Assembly: GCA_033763315.1 (NCBI GenBank)
Contig: JANRKS010000032.1
Location: forward strand, 352,001-416,000
DNA from: Deltaproteobacteria bacterium
GTDB taxonomy: Bacteria; Myxococcota_A; Polyangia; Fen-1088
DNA: 64,000 bases
Reading direction: 5' to 3'
Below are positions 38,989 to 47,553 of this stretch, in pieces; position 1 is the stretch's first letter; the number at the start of each line of letters is the position of its first letter. Below the pieces are notes generated by a model. It saw nothing but the letters and a program-made list of their open reading frames with translations. It was not told where the DNA came from and did not search any database. The position numbers and the translations under genes were made by a program.

Positions 38989-41652
38989 CTAACGCATTTG
39001 CTTCCGGCGGCGCAGGCGCATGAGCGCCAACCCGAGCAACGCCAGGGTTGGCAACCAGCTGTGTGCACGCCCTTGCCCCACGTGGCAGCTGCAGCCCTCG
39101 CCAGAACCTTGTGTGACGGCGGGAGCGGCGCCGCCGTCCATTTGCGTTTCGAATGCGGGTGGGCACGTTGTGCCTGGGGCGCTGACGCACGCGTCGCACG
39201 CGTTCACGAGGCCGTCACCATCGGGATCTTGGCAAGCGTCGCCAATGCCATCGTGATCGCCATCGGCTTGGTCTGGGTTGTAGTGTTTGGGACAGTTGTC
39301 ATACAACGCGATTTGCCCATCAGGCTTGCTTTGCCCGCCGCAGTCGGCGTCGTCGTCAGCCACTTCATTGGGCTCAAAGTGCGTGAAGCGTAGAAAATCG
39401 ATCCGAAGGCAGCCTGAATCTTTGAGGTTGTTAGGATCGCAATTGGTGAGCGGCTCGCTTGAGGGGCGGAAGCTGAATTGTGTGTGAACCTTGTTTGTGA
39501 AAGCATCGATTTTCGCGAGGTTCGTGGCGTAAGTGTGGAACTCACCGTCAGCAATCAGGAAGGTGCTGGGGTCGGTGGGAATGCGCACAGTGACGTCACC
39601 GATCTGCGCCGTGGCGAACGCATTCTTGGGTCCGTCCTTGGGCAACGAGAGGCGCGCCAAGAAGCTGTTGATGCCGCCTTCAACATTGGCCTGCCCGTCG
39701 ATCCACAACGGCGGTTGGTTGTTGTGGCTGGCAAAAGTCAGCGTTCCCGCGGCGCCGGGCGTGCGCACGTTCATGAAGCTCAAAATCTTGTCAGTGTTGT
39801 CATCCGGTTGTGGACCTGACACCACGAACTGCAAACCACCGGTCGGCACGAATGAACGTTTGTCGTCCATCTCCTGCATGAACTCCCAGTAAGGCGTCTC
39901 GTCGATGTTCGAGTCATAACCCGCCACCATCTTGCCGCGGTAACTCGTCAACATGTACCACTGCTGCTGCCAAGCCTTGCGCCACTTCTTCGCAAGCGCG
40001 ATGTGTTTGGCGTTGATCTCCGCGAGCCAATCGGGGCGCTCGCAGATTTTTCCAATGGCGCACGTGGAGCCGGGCATGTTTTGGCTTTCGTACTCGTGTG
40101 GCTTCGTAACGATCACCCACAGTTGCTTGAAGACGTGTGGCGCGTCTTCGAATGCCGGGACGCGCACGGGCGTGTTGCCCAGCAATTCTGGCAGCGTGAA
40201 GCTCACGCGGCGGCTGTCGGAGAACATGGTTACGGGCTCGGCGCCGATGCCGATTGCGAGCAGCTTGGGCAAGCCCATACGCGGACCGGCTGTGCGGGTG
40301 AACCTATCAAGAGTCGCTATTCGCCCAATCATGTCGCCCGGGCGCGCGGCGAAGGCTTGAATCGTTGGTACGCCATCAAGACGGTTCGACGATGAACTGG
40401 GAACCAGACCCAACAGCCACAGCTCCAGAGGATGGAACATCGAAGTCGCTTTCCCCCCGTGGGGCCAGGAGGACACTCGGTTGGCTGCCGGGCCGAATGC
40501 CTTCGCGGTTCGATTGCCATTTTCCTCCCAATTCACGCCGCCCATCAACGAAGTGTCGAAATCGATGAACGAGTTCCATATGCGGGGTCGAATCCGTTGG
40601 TACATTGCACCTTCGGTGTCGCACGACCTCGTCCTTTGGGCCGAGATCCTTCCCGAGGGCGGCCGAAGCGAGCCAGCTAGAGAAGATTTCACGTCCGGGC
40701 AGACCGACAACGGCCCTGCCATTTTGGGCAATATGCCTTCGCCCTGCTGAAAGCCCGATGTTTGGCTCAAATCAGGCTCGCGGAGAGCCATGCCCGGCCA
40801 GCTAGGTGGCGCCAGCGGCTCGGCGTTCGCAGAGGCTTGTGTACAGAAATTTGCTGGCAACAGAGCAAGCGGGATCGCTGGTTCGTCCCGGTTGTCCTGA
40901 GGGGAGCAAAAACTACGTGCGTCAGCAGACATCGAATACCAGCTGTCATCCTCCATTCCAGCTTCTGCCTTCAGGTATGGTCCAAACATCTGCGCCGACG
41001 CCTGCGCAAAGGCCTGATATGCTGACATGCCATCCGAGCACATTGAGTTTGGCCCGCAGTTCTTGTAGCGTCCGCGTTCAGGATCTGCATTGGCAGTGTC
41101 ACGGGGTGTAGTGTCCCCCATCGTCGTTGTGCTACCACCCACGGTGAATCCCACGAATGGGAAGTTTGGGTTGCGCTGCGTGACCTTCTGACCAATTCCA
41201 GCAATCTCGTTGACGCCCTCGCTTAACGCCGCATCGCCGAGCTTGGCACCGAGGACTGTTCCAGCCTTGGGGGCACGATAAAACATCATTGGGTTTGTGT
41301 CGCCGCCGAAGACGCCGGCCTGAGCTGCATCAACATAGAATAGGCCCATCTGATCCCAGACCGCCATTGCATCGTTCGCTCTGAGGATCTGAACAGCCTT
41401 TGTTGCGACTTTGACCTGGTCGAAAGTGCAGTTCGTTCTGAATATGTTCTGATCGCGCAGGGATCCGTCACGACAACCAGATGTTAAGTCGTCAGTCCCT
41501 TCCAATATAAGGACGCCGTCTTCAACACAGTTGACCTTCTTCGCGGCGTTACATTTCAATGCTTGGTGTATCTCGGCACGCGCGGCGGCCGTCTCCGCCA
41601 AGTACCCACCAACCATCACAAACGTCGTTACCAGAGCAGCTTTTTTCATCAT
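38989..41652 (-). CDS. large secreted protein with thrombospondin-3-like Ca-binding repeats and MYXO-CTERM-type sorting signal
   Basis: Signal peptide; 'DNCPKHYNPDQADGDHDGIGDAC'; C-terminus 'GCSCHVG...LALLGLALMRLRRRK'; RBS AAGGAG. Confidence 0.8.
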   Translation of the reverse strand: MMKKAALVTTFVMVGGYLAETAAARAEIHQALKCNAAKKVNCVEDGVLILEGTDDLTSGCRDGSLRDQNIFRTNCTFDQVKVATKAVQILRANDAMAVWDQMGLFYVDAAQAGVFGGDTNPMMFYRAPKAGTVLGAKLGDAALSEGVNEIAGIGQKVTQRNPNFPFVGFTVGGSTTTMGDTTPRDTANADPERGRYKNCGPNSMCSDGMSAYQAFAQASAQMFGPYLKAEAGMEDDSWYSMSADARSFCSPQDNRDEPAIPLALLPANFCTQASANAEPLAPPSWPGMALREPDLSQTSGFQQGEGILPKMAGPLSVCPDVKSSLAGSLRPPSGRISAQRTRSCDTEGAMYQRIRPRIWNSFIDFDTSLMGGVNWEENGNRTAKAFGPAANRVSSWPHGGKATSMFHPLELWLLGLVPSSSSNRLDGVPTIQAFAARPGDMIGRIATLDRFTRTAGPRMGLPKLLAIGIGAEPVTMFSDSRRVSFTLPELLGNTPVRVPAFEDAPHVFKQLWVIVTKPHEYESQNMPGSTCAIGKICERPDWLAEINAKHIALAKKWRKAWQQQWYMLTSYRGKMVAGYDSNIDETPYWEFMQEMDDKRSFVPTGGLQFVVSGPQPDDNTDKILSFMNVRTPGAAGTLTFASHNNQPPLWIDGQANVEGGINSFLARLSLPKDGPKNAFATAQIGDVTVRIPTDPSTFLIADGEFHTYATNLAKIDAFTNKVHTQFSFRPSSEPLTNCDPNNLKDSGCLRIDFLRFTHFEPNEVADDDADCGGQSKPDGQIALYDNCPKHYNPDQADGDHDGIGDACQDPDGDGLVNACDACVSAPGTTCPPAFETQMDGGAAPAVTQGSGEGCSCHVGQGRAHSWLPTLALLGLALMRLRRRKQMR

Positions 41653-41665
41653 GTCTCCTTGATGG

Positions 41666-43669
41666 CTAGCGAGAGAGGGATTGCGAAGGCGTCAAAAGCA
41701 GGCAACTCTGCACCGTGCCGATCAGGCCGCACGTCGTGCCTTGTGCCAGATTGGGGTTCGTCTGTTCGTCCGAGTACCAGATGTTTGTAGGGACGCGGCA
41801 CTCCGCCGCAGAGGGTGAACAACTGCGCGAACACGTTGACGTTTCGCTGGAGCAGGCGTAGCCAGGCATGAACTTTCCCCCGCACCGGCTATCAAGGGGG
41901 ATGCTGAGGGACTTTGTTGTTCCTCCAGCCTCAACAGGGGCTGTGATCGCCGATCCAGCTTCGTAGTTGATACCATTGGCGTTGCACGAGAACACGCATC
42001 GGCCGACGCCGGTCTCGTCTGCCGCACAGACATATATGGGGCCATCACGCTGAATCAGTCTCTGGGATTTCATAACCAGCTGACGTTGCGCTTCCAGCAG
42101 CTCTTCACCAACCTTCGATTTCAACTGTTCGAGTTCAGCCGGCGTTGCATTGCCGTTCACGAACCATTTCTCTACAACGTCTGTCTTCTCCACCCCTGCC
42201 TCTGACGTCTCTACAAATCCTCGACACTGCGCAATGGCGGGGCCGCAAAGGGCGTTGTACCGAACTCGCTTTGCGGCACAGAATGGGATCTGCGTGCCGT
42301 TGAAGAGACCACACTCCATGCCAATGCTTGCACACGGATCCGCGCCTCTGGTAGCGTTATCGCAACCGACCAGAGTGCTTGCCAGACCCACGTTCCTCAG
42401 CACGAGGTCCTTGCGTGGGGACAAACGACTCGCAGAAATGTTGCGCGGATCAAGGAGGCCGGATTCCCTCAAGGTTCTTTCTGTTGCCGCTTCGACACTC
42501 ACAATGTCCATTTCCAAATTCCACAGCCACCGAATCGGACGGTAGCCTGGAGCATCCGTCTTCTTCCGACGTGGCGCCGGCCCCGCCAACATCGATAGTT
42601 CGTCATAATACTTCTCGAGATCGAAAAACATCGCGTGCGGCACAATCATCAGACCCACCGGCGCCACTAGCGCATGCGTTTGACCGGCGGGCGCGGGCAC
42701 AACGTCGATGTCGAAGGTCTGCACGCGCCGATCGTCCTGCGCACTGTCGAACAGGCGGTACTTGTCTTGCTCGGCCGTGGCGCCAGCGATGGTTTCGCCC
42801 AGCGTTTCCCATCCGTTGACCAGCAAACAATCCACGCGCTTCTTACGATGCCACAATTCAATTTGTGGCTGCGGGATGCGGCGATCGCCCACGGCATACG
42901 CTGAGATTGTGGGCACCACGTAGGCTCGCGCGTCCACGATGGGGCAATTGATGGCAAACCCTGAAGGCTCTATCTTGATCCCCGATGTGGCCGCCGACGC
43001 CGCCGCCAATAAACTGGGAACGTCCTTGACTGAATCAGGATCAAACCCGTTGGGCACGCGCACCTTCACCACTTCCCACAGCCCTGAATACTTCTCGCCA
43101 CGCACATCGGCGCCGCCCGGCAACACATCCACCAACGGCCGCTGGTAATCCGCTGAACCGCGGCGTTCGTCGAGCCAGAGGTCTTCTTCGCGGTCTTCTT
43201 GCTTGGCTTGCAAGCGAGCAAAGCCATCCACGGCGCGCACATCTTTGCCACCTTTCATGAAGAACTGCCCCGTGGCCGTGTTCTTCTCAGGTTTCGCAAA
43301 CAAGGGCTCGCCCTTTTCGGTGAAGAAGAAGTACATCGGGAACACCGGAGCCGCGCCGGCCGTGCGGCCCGCAAGCGCTTCGGCGGCGTTGGGCATATTG
43401 CCCTTCACGAAGTTCACATTGCCGAAGTCATAAAACGTGGCGCCTTCGCCGCGCAAAAAGGCCGGCTTCGGTTTGATGATGTTGCGGCCGCCGAGATCGA
43501 CAAATAGCGAATGGGCCACGCCTCCATCGCCGCTTTCCAAGGCGTCAACGTCGGCGCCGGCATCGTCGGGCGTGCCACCGCCCACTTGCAGATCGCCGCA
43601 GCTCGTGAGTGCCACCGCTGTACATAGCCACAGGCGCGTGCGCCGCTTCCATCGTTGATGTTCTTGCAT
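41666..43669 (-). CDS. large lipoprotein with two 'PG..Y(S/R)(G/P)(L/I)W'-type domains and Cys-rich C-terminus
   Basis: Lipobox 'LTSC'; 'DVLPGG...YSGLWEVVKVRVP...INCPIV' and 'DAPGYRPIRW'; RBS GGAGA before ATG 43669. Confidence 0.7.
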   Translation of the reverse strand: MQEHQRWKRRTRLWLCTAVALTSCGDLQVGGGTPDDAGADVDALESGDGGVAHSLFVDLGGRNIIKPKPAFLRGEGATFYDFGNVNFVKGNMPNAAEALAGRTAGAAPVFPMYFFFTEKGEPLFAKPEKNTATGQFFMKGGKDVRAVDGFARLQAKQEDREEDLWLDERRGSADYQRPLVDVLPGGADVRGEKYSGLWEVVKVRVPNGFDPDSVKDVPSLLAAASAATSGIKIEPSGFAINCPIVDARAYVVPTISAYAVGDRRIPQPQIELWHRKKRVDCLLVNGWETLGETIAGATAEQDKYRLFDSAQDDRRVQTFDIDVVPAPAGQTHALVAPVGLMIVPHAMFFDLEKYYDELSMLAGPAPRRKKTDAPGYRPIRWLWNLEMDIVSVEAATERTLRESGLLDPRNISASRLSPRKDLVLRNVGLASTLVGCDNATRGADPCASIGMECGLFNGTQIPFCAAKRVRYNALCGPAIAQCRGFVETSEAGVEKTDVVEKWFVNGNATPAELEQLKSKVGEELLEAQRQLVMKSQRLIQRDGPIYVCAADETGVGRCVFSCNANGINYEAGSAITAPVEAGGTTKSLSIPLDSRCGGKFMPGYACSSETSTCSRSCSPSAAECRVPTNIWYSDEQTNPNLAQGTTCGLIGTVQSCLLLTPSQSLSR

Positions 43670-43702
43670 GTTGAATCTCCGCGTTCTGTCTTGACGCTTT
43701 GA

Positions 43703-43736
43703 CTTGTTCCCGCAGGTCGTGCGGAAGTTACAGCGC
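43703..43736 (-). promoter_or_regulatory. putative ECF-sigma promoter (copy 2)
   Basis: Minus strand GCGCTGTAActtccgcacgacCTGCGGGAACAAG; both boxes and the spacing are identical to the copy at 46192-46225. Confidence 0.75.
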
Positions 43737-44579
43737 AAACGCAAAGCCCAACGTCATCGTGGTGATGACGTTGGCGATCTCTGTCGTCATGCGATCGCTG
43801 CTTGTCACCAAGACCACGTCAGGCGCAAAAGGCCACGCGTTCAGGCGCAGATCCACAAAAAACGGCAATTTGCCCTTCCCTTGCCCACGCACCCCCGCTT
43901 GGGCTCCCCACGCTGCCGACCAATCCCGTTGCGCGTTTGGAACGCCCACACCTTTGGCCGTAAAAACGGACGCCGTCAGCCCAACATCGGCCTGCAACGC
44001 AAACCGACGAAACATGTTCTGCCACAAAACCGCAGGCGCGAGCTGCGTCGCCATCCAACGCGCTTCACCTTCACCCACGGCCACGGTGCGCGTCCCGCTT
44101 ATGGCCAACATCACGCGTGCGCCCCAGTGCCCGCCGGCGCCGATCCTCGTGACATCGCCGAGCGCAGCGGCAGCCACGCCATTTTCATCGAACGCCAGTC
44201 CAGGCCCGAGGCCCACCCACCACGCGCCGACGGGCGGCGGCGGCGGCAAAGGCTTCGCTTGCAGTTGTACGTCCACAGGTGGCAACGCCAAGGCTTCTGG
44301 TGATGCGAGCCAAGCCGCCAGCACAACACCTGCGCGCACAGCTTGTTCTTCGCAGCTGCCCTGCGCAGGCAAGATGCGCGTGCGCGATTGCCCCAAGGGA
44401 TCTGTGAAGGTCATCGCCACACCTTCTGATGCGGGCGACAAATGCAGGTGCCCTTCGGTGGTTTCGTTGGTCACCGACTCAGCGAGCACCGTGGATACCA
44501 GTGCGGGGCTGGGGCAATCGGTCTGCCCTGAAACAATCACGTCGCCGTTGAGCAGCGGCAGAAGCCAAAGAATCATCAT
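43728..44579 (-). CDS. putative outer-membrane protein (periplasmic two-Cys domain, Pro linker, small beta-barrel)
   Basis: 'DCPS...SCEE' domain, PPPPP linker, alternating hydrophobic strands ending 'LGFAFAL'; ATGA overlap with the anti-sigma gene. Confidence 0.65.
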   Translation of the reverse strand: MMILWLLPLLNGDVIVSGQTDCPSPALVSTVLAESVTNETTEGHLHLSPASEGVAMTFTDPLGQSRTRILPAQGSCEEQAVRAGVVLAAWLASPEALALPPVDVQLQAKPLPPPPPVGAWWVGLGPGLAFDENGVAAAALGDVTRIGAGGHWGARVMLAISGTRTVAVGEGEARWMATQLAPAVLWQNMFRRFALQADVGLTASVFTAKGVGVPNAQRDWSAAWGAQAGVRGQGKGKLPFFVDLRLNAWPFAPDVVLVTSSDRMTTEIANVITTMTLGFAFAL

Positions 44580-45619
44580 GGGGAGTTTTCGGTTTCGTTC
44601 GTGCCTCCCAACGCACGTCGCACGCTTTGCGCAAAGCGCCCGTGGGGGAAGCGTGTTTGATAATCCAAGTACACGCGGCGTGCCGCGGCAGAATCCCCAA
44701 GTTCTGCAAGACACACTCCCTCACCGTATAACACCCGTTCTTGTTGTAAAGGACGAAGTGCCGCCCCACGAATCTGTTGCAACGCGGCCATCGCTTCCTT
44801 GCATTGATGGCCCGCAGCCAGAAGTTCTGCGCGTAACAACGCAAGTTCGATCGGCAGGCTTCGCTTGTGTGCCACGGCATTCAATGCCTCCAAGGCTTCC
44901 GAACGCTGACCCAACGCCAAGAGCGCTTCGGCGCTGAGCATCTTTGCTTCATAAGCGAGATCGCTGTCTGCGTAAACGCGTTCAAACTCTTTCAACATAT
45001 CAAGCGCCACCGCGGGCCTGCGCTCCACGCGCAACGACCGCACCGCTTCACGCAGCAGTTGAGCCTCGGCAGACGGCGGAAGCGCCCACGCGGTCGTGTC
45101 TCCCACTGTCGGCGCAACGGCGTCAGTCGGTTCTGCGGGTGGCTCGGGCGGCATCTTGATTTCTGTTGCAGCGCGCTTGGCAAACGCCAAACGTTTCTGC
45201 GGAACAACGACCTCCGGTCGAACCTCAGGAGCGCTGGGGGGTTCAGCCTTCTCCTGAGGTTCCACCGTTGGTCTGAGATCTTGCTTCGGCGTCGCCGGCT
45301 TTGGCTTTTGCGGCAGCGGCGCCATGTGCGGAGCGCGCTCGTGCGCGAACCAATGTCCGCCGATGATTGCTGTTGTGGCCGCGCCCACCGTCATGCCCAG
45401 CAGCAGCACCGGCAGCGAAGTCAGCGCGGGAATAAGGCGTCGCAAAGCCGATCGTCTGTGAATGGCACGCGTGCGACGCAACAGAAGCTCCACCTGTGCG
45501 TCGTGGAATCGGGGTTGCGGGCCGGCGGCACGAAACAGATCACCGGCACGGACGCCAGAAGCGTCGAAGTCGGGAGGAACGTCGCGCAGGCGCACGGGAT
45601 CTTGGATGGGCCTACTCAT
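44576..45619 (-). CDS. putative transmembrane anti-sigma factor with periplasmic TPR domain
   Basis: Short cytoplasmic N-terminus, one TM helix, Pro-rich linker, TPR helices ('AEAQLLREA...YLDYQTRFPHGRFA'); overlaps the sigma stop. Confidence 0.75.
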   Translation of the reverse strand: MSRPIQDPVRLRDVPPDFDASGVRAGDLFRAAGPQPRFHDAQVELLLRRTRAIHRRSALRRLIPALTSLPVLLLGMTVGAATTAIIGGHWFAHERAPHMAPLPQKPKPATPKQDLRPTVEPQEKAEPPSAPEVRPEVVVPQKRLAFAKRAATEIKMPPEPPAEPTDAVAPTVGDTTAWALPPSAEAQLLREAVRSLRVERRPAVALDMLKEFERVYADSDLAYEAKMLSAEALLALGQRSEALEALNAVAHKRSLPIELALLRAELLAAGHQCKEAMAALQQIRGAALRPLQQERVLYGEGVCLAELGDSAAARRVYLDYQTRFPHGRFAQSVRRALGGTNETENSP

Positions 45620-46178
45620 GGGATGCGCCTTTGCTGCCGCTTTGCAGTTGCGATAACTCGACGAAAAGTTGTGCGCGCCCCCGGTGCAGTCGCACCCGCA
45701 CATTGTTGGGTGTGCAGCCCAAGAGCAACCCGATCGCCTCGGTTTCCATGCCCTCAAGCTCGAACAAGATCAAAGGGGTACGGTGCTTTTCAGGCAAACG
45801 ATCGAGCGCCTTGTAGAGCAAGCGCACCTTCTCCTGCCGTTCAAGATCCTCGCCAGGGCCGCGAATGTGAGCGACATGATCGGGCTCATGCTCGCTGCGT
45901 TTGAGCCAGCGACGGAAGCGGCCCTCCGACCGGCGCCGTTTCAAGATAACCTTCTCAGTGATGCGAAACAGCCAGGTTCCAAGCTTGGCATCGCCGCGAA
46001 AGGCGCTACGCCCCTTCCACGCGGCGATGAGCACCTCTTGCACGAGATCTTCCGCATCGCACCCTGGGCCTGCCAATCGTCTCACCCAGCCTTCAATGCG
46101 ACGCACGTCCTCCGCGCCCAGGGCGTCGGATTCGCCGGCTTTGGGCTCGGCTGGCAGGGCAGGGGACAGGCGCAGCAT
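45612..46178 (-). CDS. ECF RNA polymerase sigma factor
   Basis: Region 2 'DAEDLVQEV...TWLFRI'; region 4 'LDRLPEKHR...ELEGM..EAIG...NVRVRLHRGR'. Confidence 0.92.
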   Translation of the reverse strand: MLRLSPALPAEPKAGESDALGAEDVRRIEGWVRRLAGPGCDAEDLVQEVLIAAWKGRSAFRGDAKLGTWLFRITEKVILKRRRSEGRFRRWLKRSEHEPDHVAHIRGPGEDLERQEKVRLLYKALDRLPEKHRTPLILFELEGMETEAIGLLLGCTPNNVRVRLHRGRAQLFVELSQLQSGSKGASHE

Positions 46179-46191
46179 CGGAAGTGAAAGG

Positions 46192-46225
46192 CTTGTTCCC
46201 GCAGCCTGTCGCAGAATTACAGCGC
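46192..46225 (-). promoter_or_regulatory. putative autoregulatory ECF-sigma promoter (copy 1)
   Basis: Minus strand GCGCTGTAAttctgcgacaggCTGCGGGAACAAG, ending 13 nt before the sigma ATG. Confidence 0.75.
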
Positions 46226-46378
46226 GCGGAAGAAGGATCGTCGATTTTCAGCCAGGCCGCCCGTGTGATGGCGGCTACCCCGGGAGGGCGCACGCACAAG
46301 GCCCCTCTGGCGCGTCTGGCTGCGGCATGTTCAAGTGCAGCTGCCCCCAACATCCTCATTTAGCCGGAGTGTTTCTTG

Positions 46379-47551
46379 ATGCGTCGTATCTCCTCGTTTC
46401 TCCTTCTAGGCGTACTGTCTCTGTGCGCAGGAACGGCCTCATCCGCAGACCTTGCCACCACACCACCCATGGGCTGGAACAGTTGGAACAAGTTCGCCTG
46501 CAACGTGAGCGAAGACTTGATCAAGGGTGCCGCAGACGCGCTCGTGTCCAGTGGCATGAAAGACGCGGGCTACAACTACATCGTGATTGATGACTGCTGG
46601 CAGATCTCCCGCGACGCCAAAGGCAAGATTGTGGCGGATCCCAAGCGCTTCCCCGCCGGCATCAAAGCGTTGGCGGATTACGTGCACGGCAAAGGCTTGA
46701 AGTTCGGCATCTACTCAGATGCGGGCACCCAAACGTGCGCCAAGCGGCCGGGATCCAAAGGGCACGAAGCGCTGGACGCCAAGACGTATGCCGAATGGGG
46801 CGTTGACTACGTGAAGTACGACTGGTGCAACACCCCAGGGCAAGACACGCGCGATGCTTACGCGCGCATGAGCCAAGCGCTGAGCGCATCGGGCCGCCCC
46901 ATGGTGTTTTCGATTTGCGAGTGGGGCTCAACGCAACCGTGGTTATGGGCGCAAGGGGTGGGGCACTTGTGGCGCACCACGGGAGACATTCAAGATTGTT
47001 GGGATTGCGCGCGCAGCTGGGGCGGCATGGGCATCACGCACATCATCGATCAAATGGCGGAGCTGCATCCCTTTGCTGGGCCGGGGCACTGGAATGATCC
47101 CGATATGCTTGAAGTGGGCAATGGCGGATTGAGCGCCATCGAAAACCGATCGCACTTTAGCTTTTGGGCACTGTTCGCTGCACCGTTGATCGCAGGCAAC
47201 GACCTGCAAAACATGACGCCCGAGGTTCGCGCGATCCTCACGAACAAGGAGGTCATCGCCGTGAACCAAGACGCTCTCGGTATGCAAGGGCGCAAAGTGT
47301 GGGACGACGGGCCGGGTGAAGTGTGGATTAAGCCTTTGGTCAACGGCGCCCGTGCGGTAATTCTGTTTAACCGCGGCACAGAAGCGCGCAAGCTCACGGC
47401 CACGTGGCAAAGCCTTGGCCTGTTTCCGGCGGGCAAAGCGGTGGTGCGCGACTTATGGACGCAAGCTGACGTGGGCACGATGACCGAGAAGTTTTCGGCC
47501 CAAGTCGAACCGCACGGCGTGGTGATGGTGACAATCAAGCCGAAGCCATAG
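46379..47551 (+). CDS. glycoside hydrolase family 27 (alpha-galactosidase), secreted
   Basis: 'TPPMGWNSWN', 'IDDCW', 'GLKFGIYSDAG', 'YVKYDWC', 'WRTTGDI', 'WNDPDMLEVGNGG'. Confidence 0.93.
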   Translation: MRRISSFLLLGVLSLCAGTASSADLATTPPMGWNSWNKFACNVSEDLIKGAADALVSSGMKDAGYNYIVIDDCWQISRDAKGKIVADPKRFPAGIKALADYVHGKGLKFGIYSDAGTQTCAKRPGSKGHEALDAKTYAEWGVDYVKYDWCNTPGQDTRDAYARMSQALSASGRPMVFSICEWGSTQPWLWAQGVGHLWRTTGDIQDCWDCARSWGGMGITHIIDQMAELHPFAGPGHWNDPDMLEVGNGGLSAIENRSHFSFWALFAAPLIAGNDLQNMTPEVRAILTNKEVIAVNQDALGMQGRKVWDDGPGEVWIKPLVNGARAVILFNRGTEARKLTATWQSLGLFPAGKAVVRDLWTQADVGTMTEKFSAQVEPHGVVMVTIKPKP

Positions 47552-47553
47552 CG

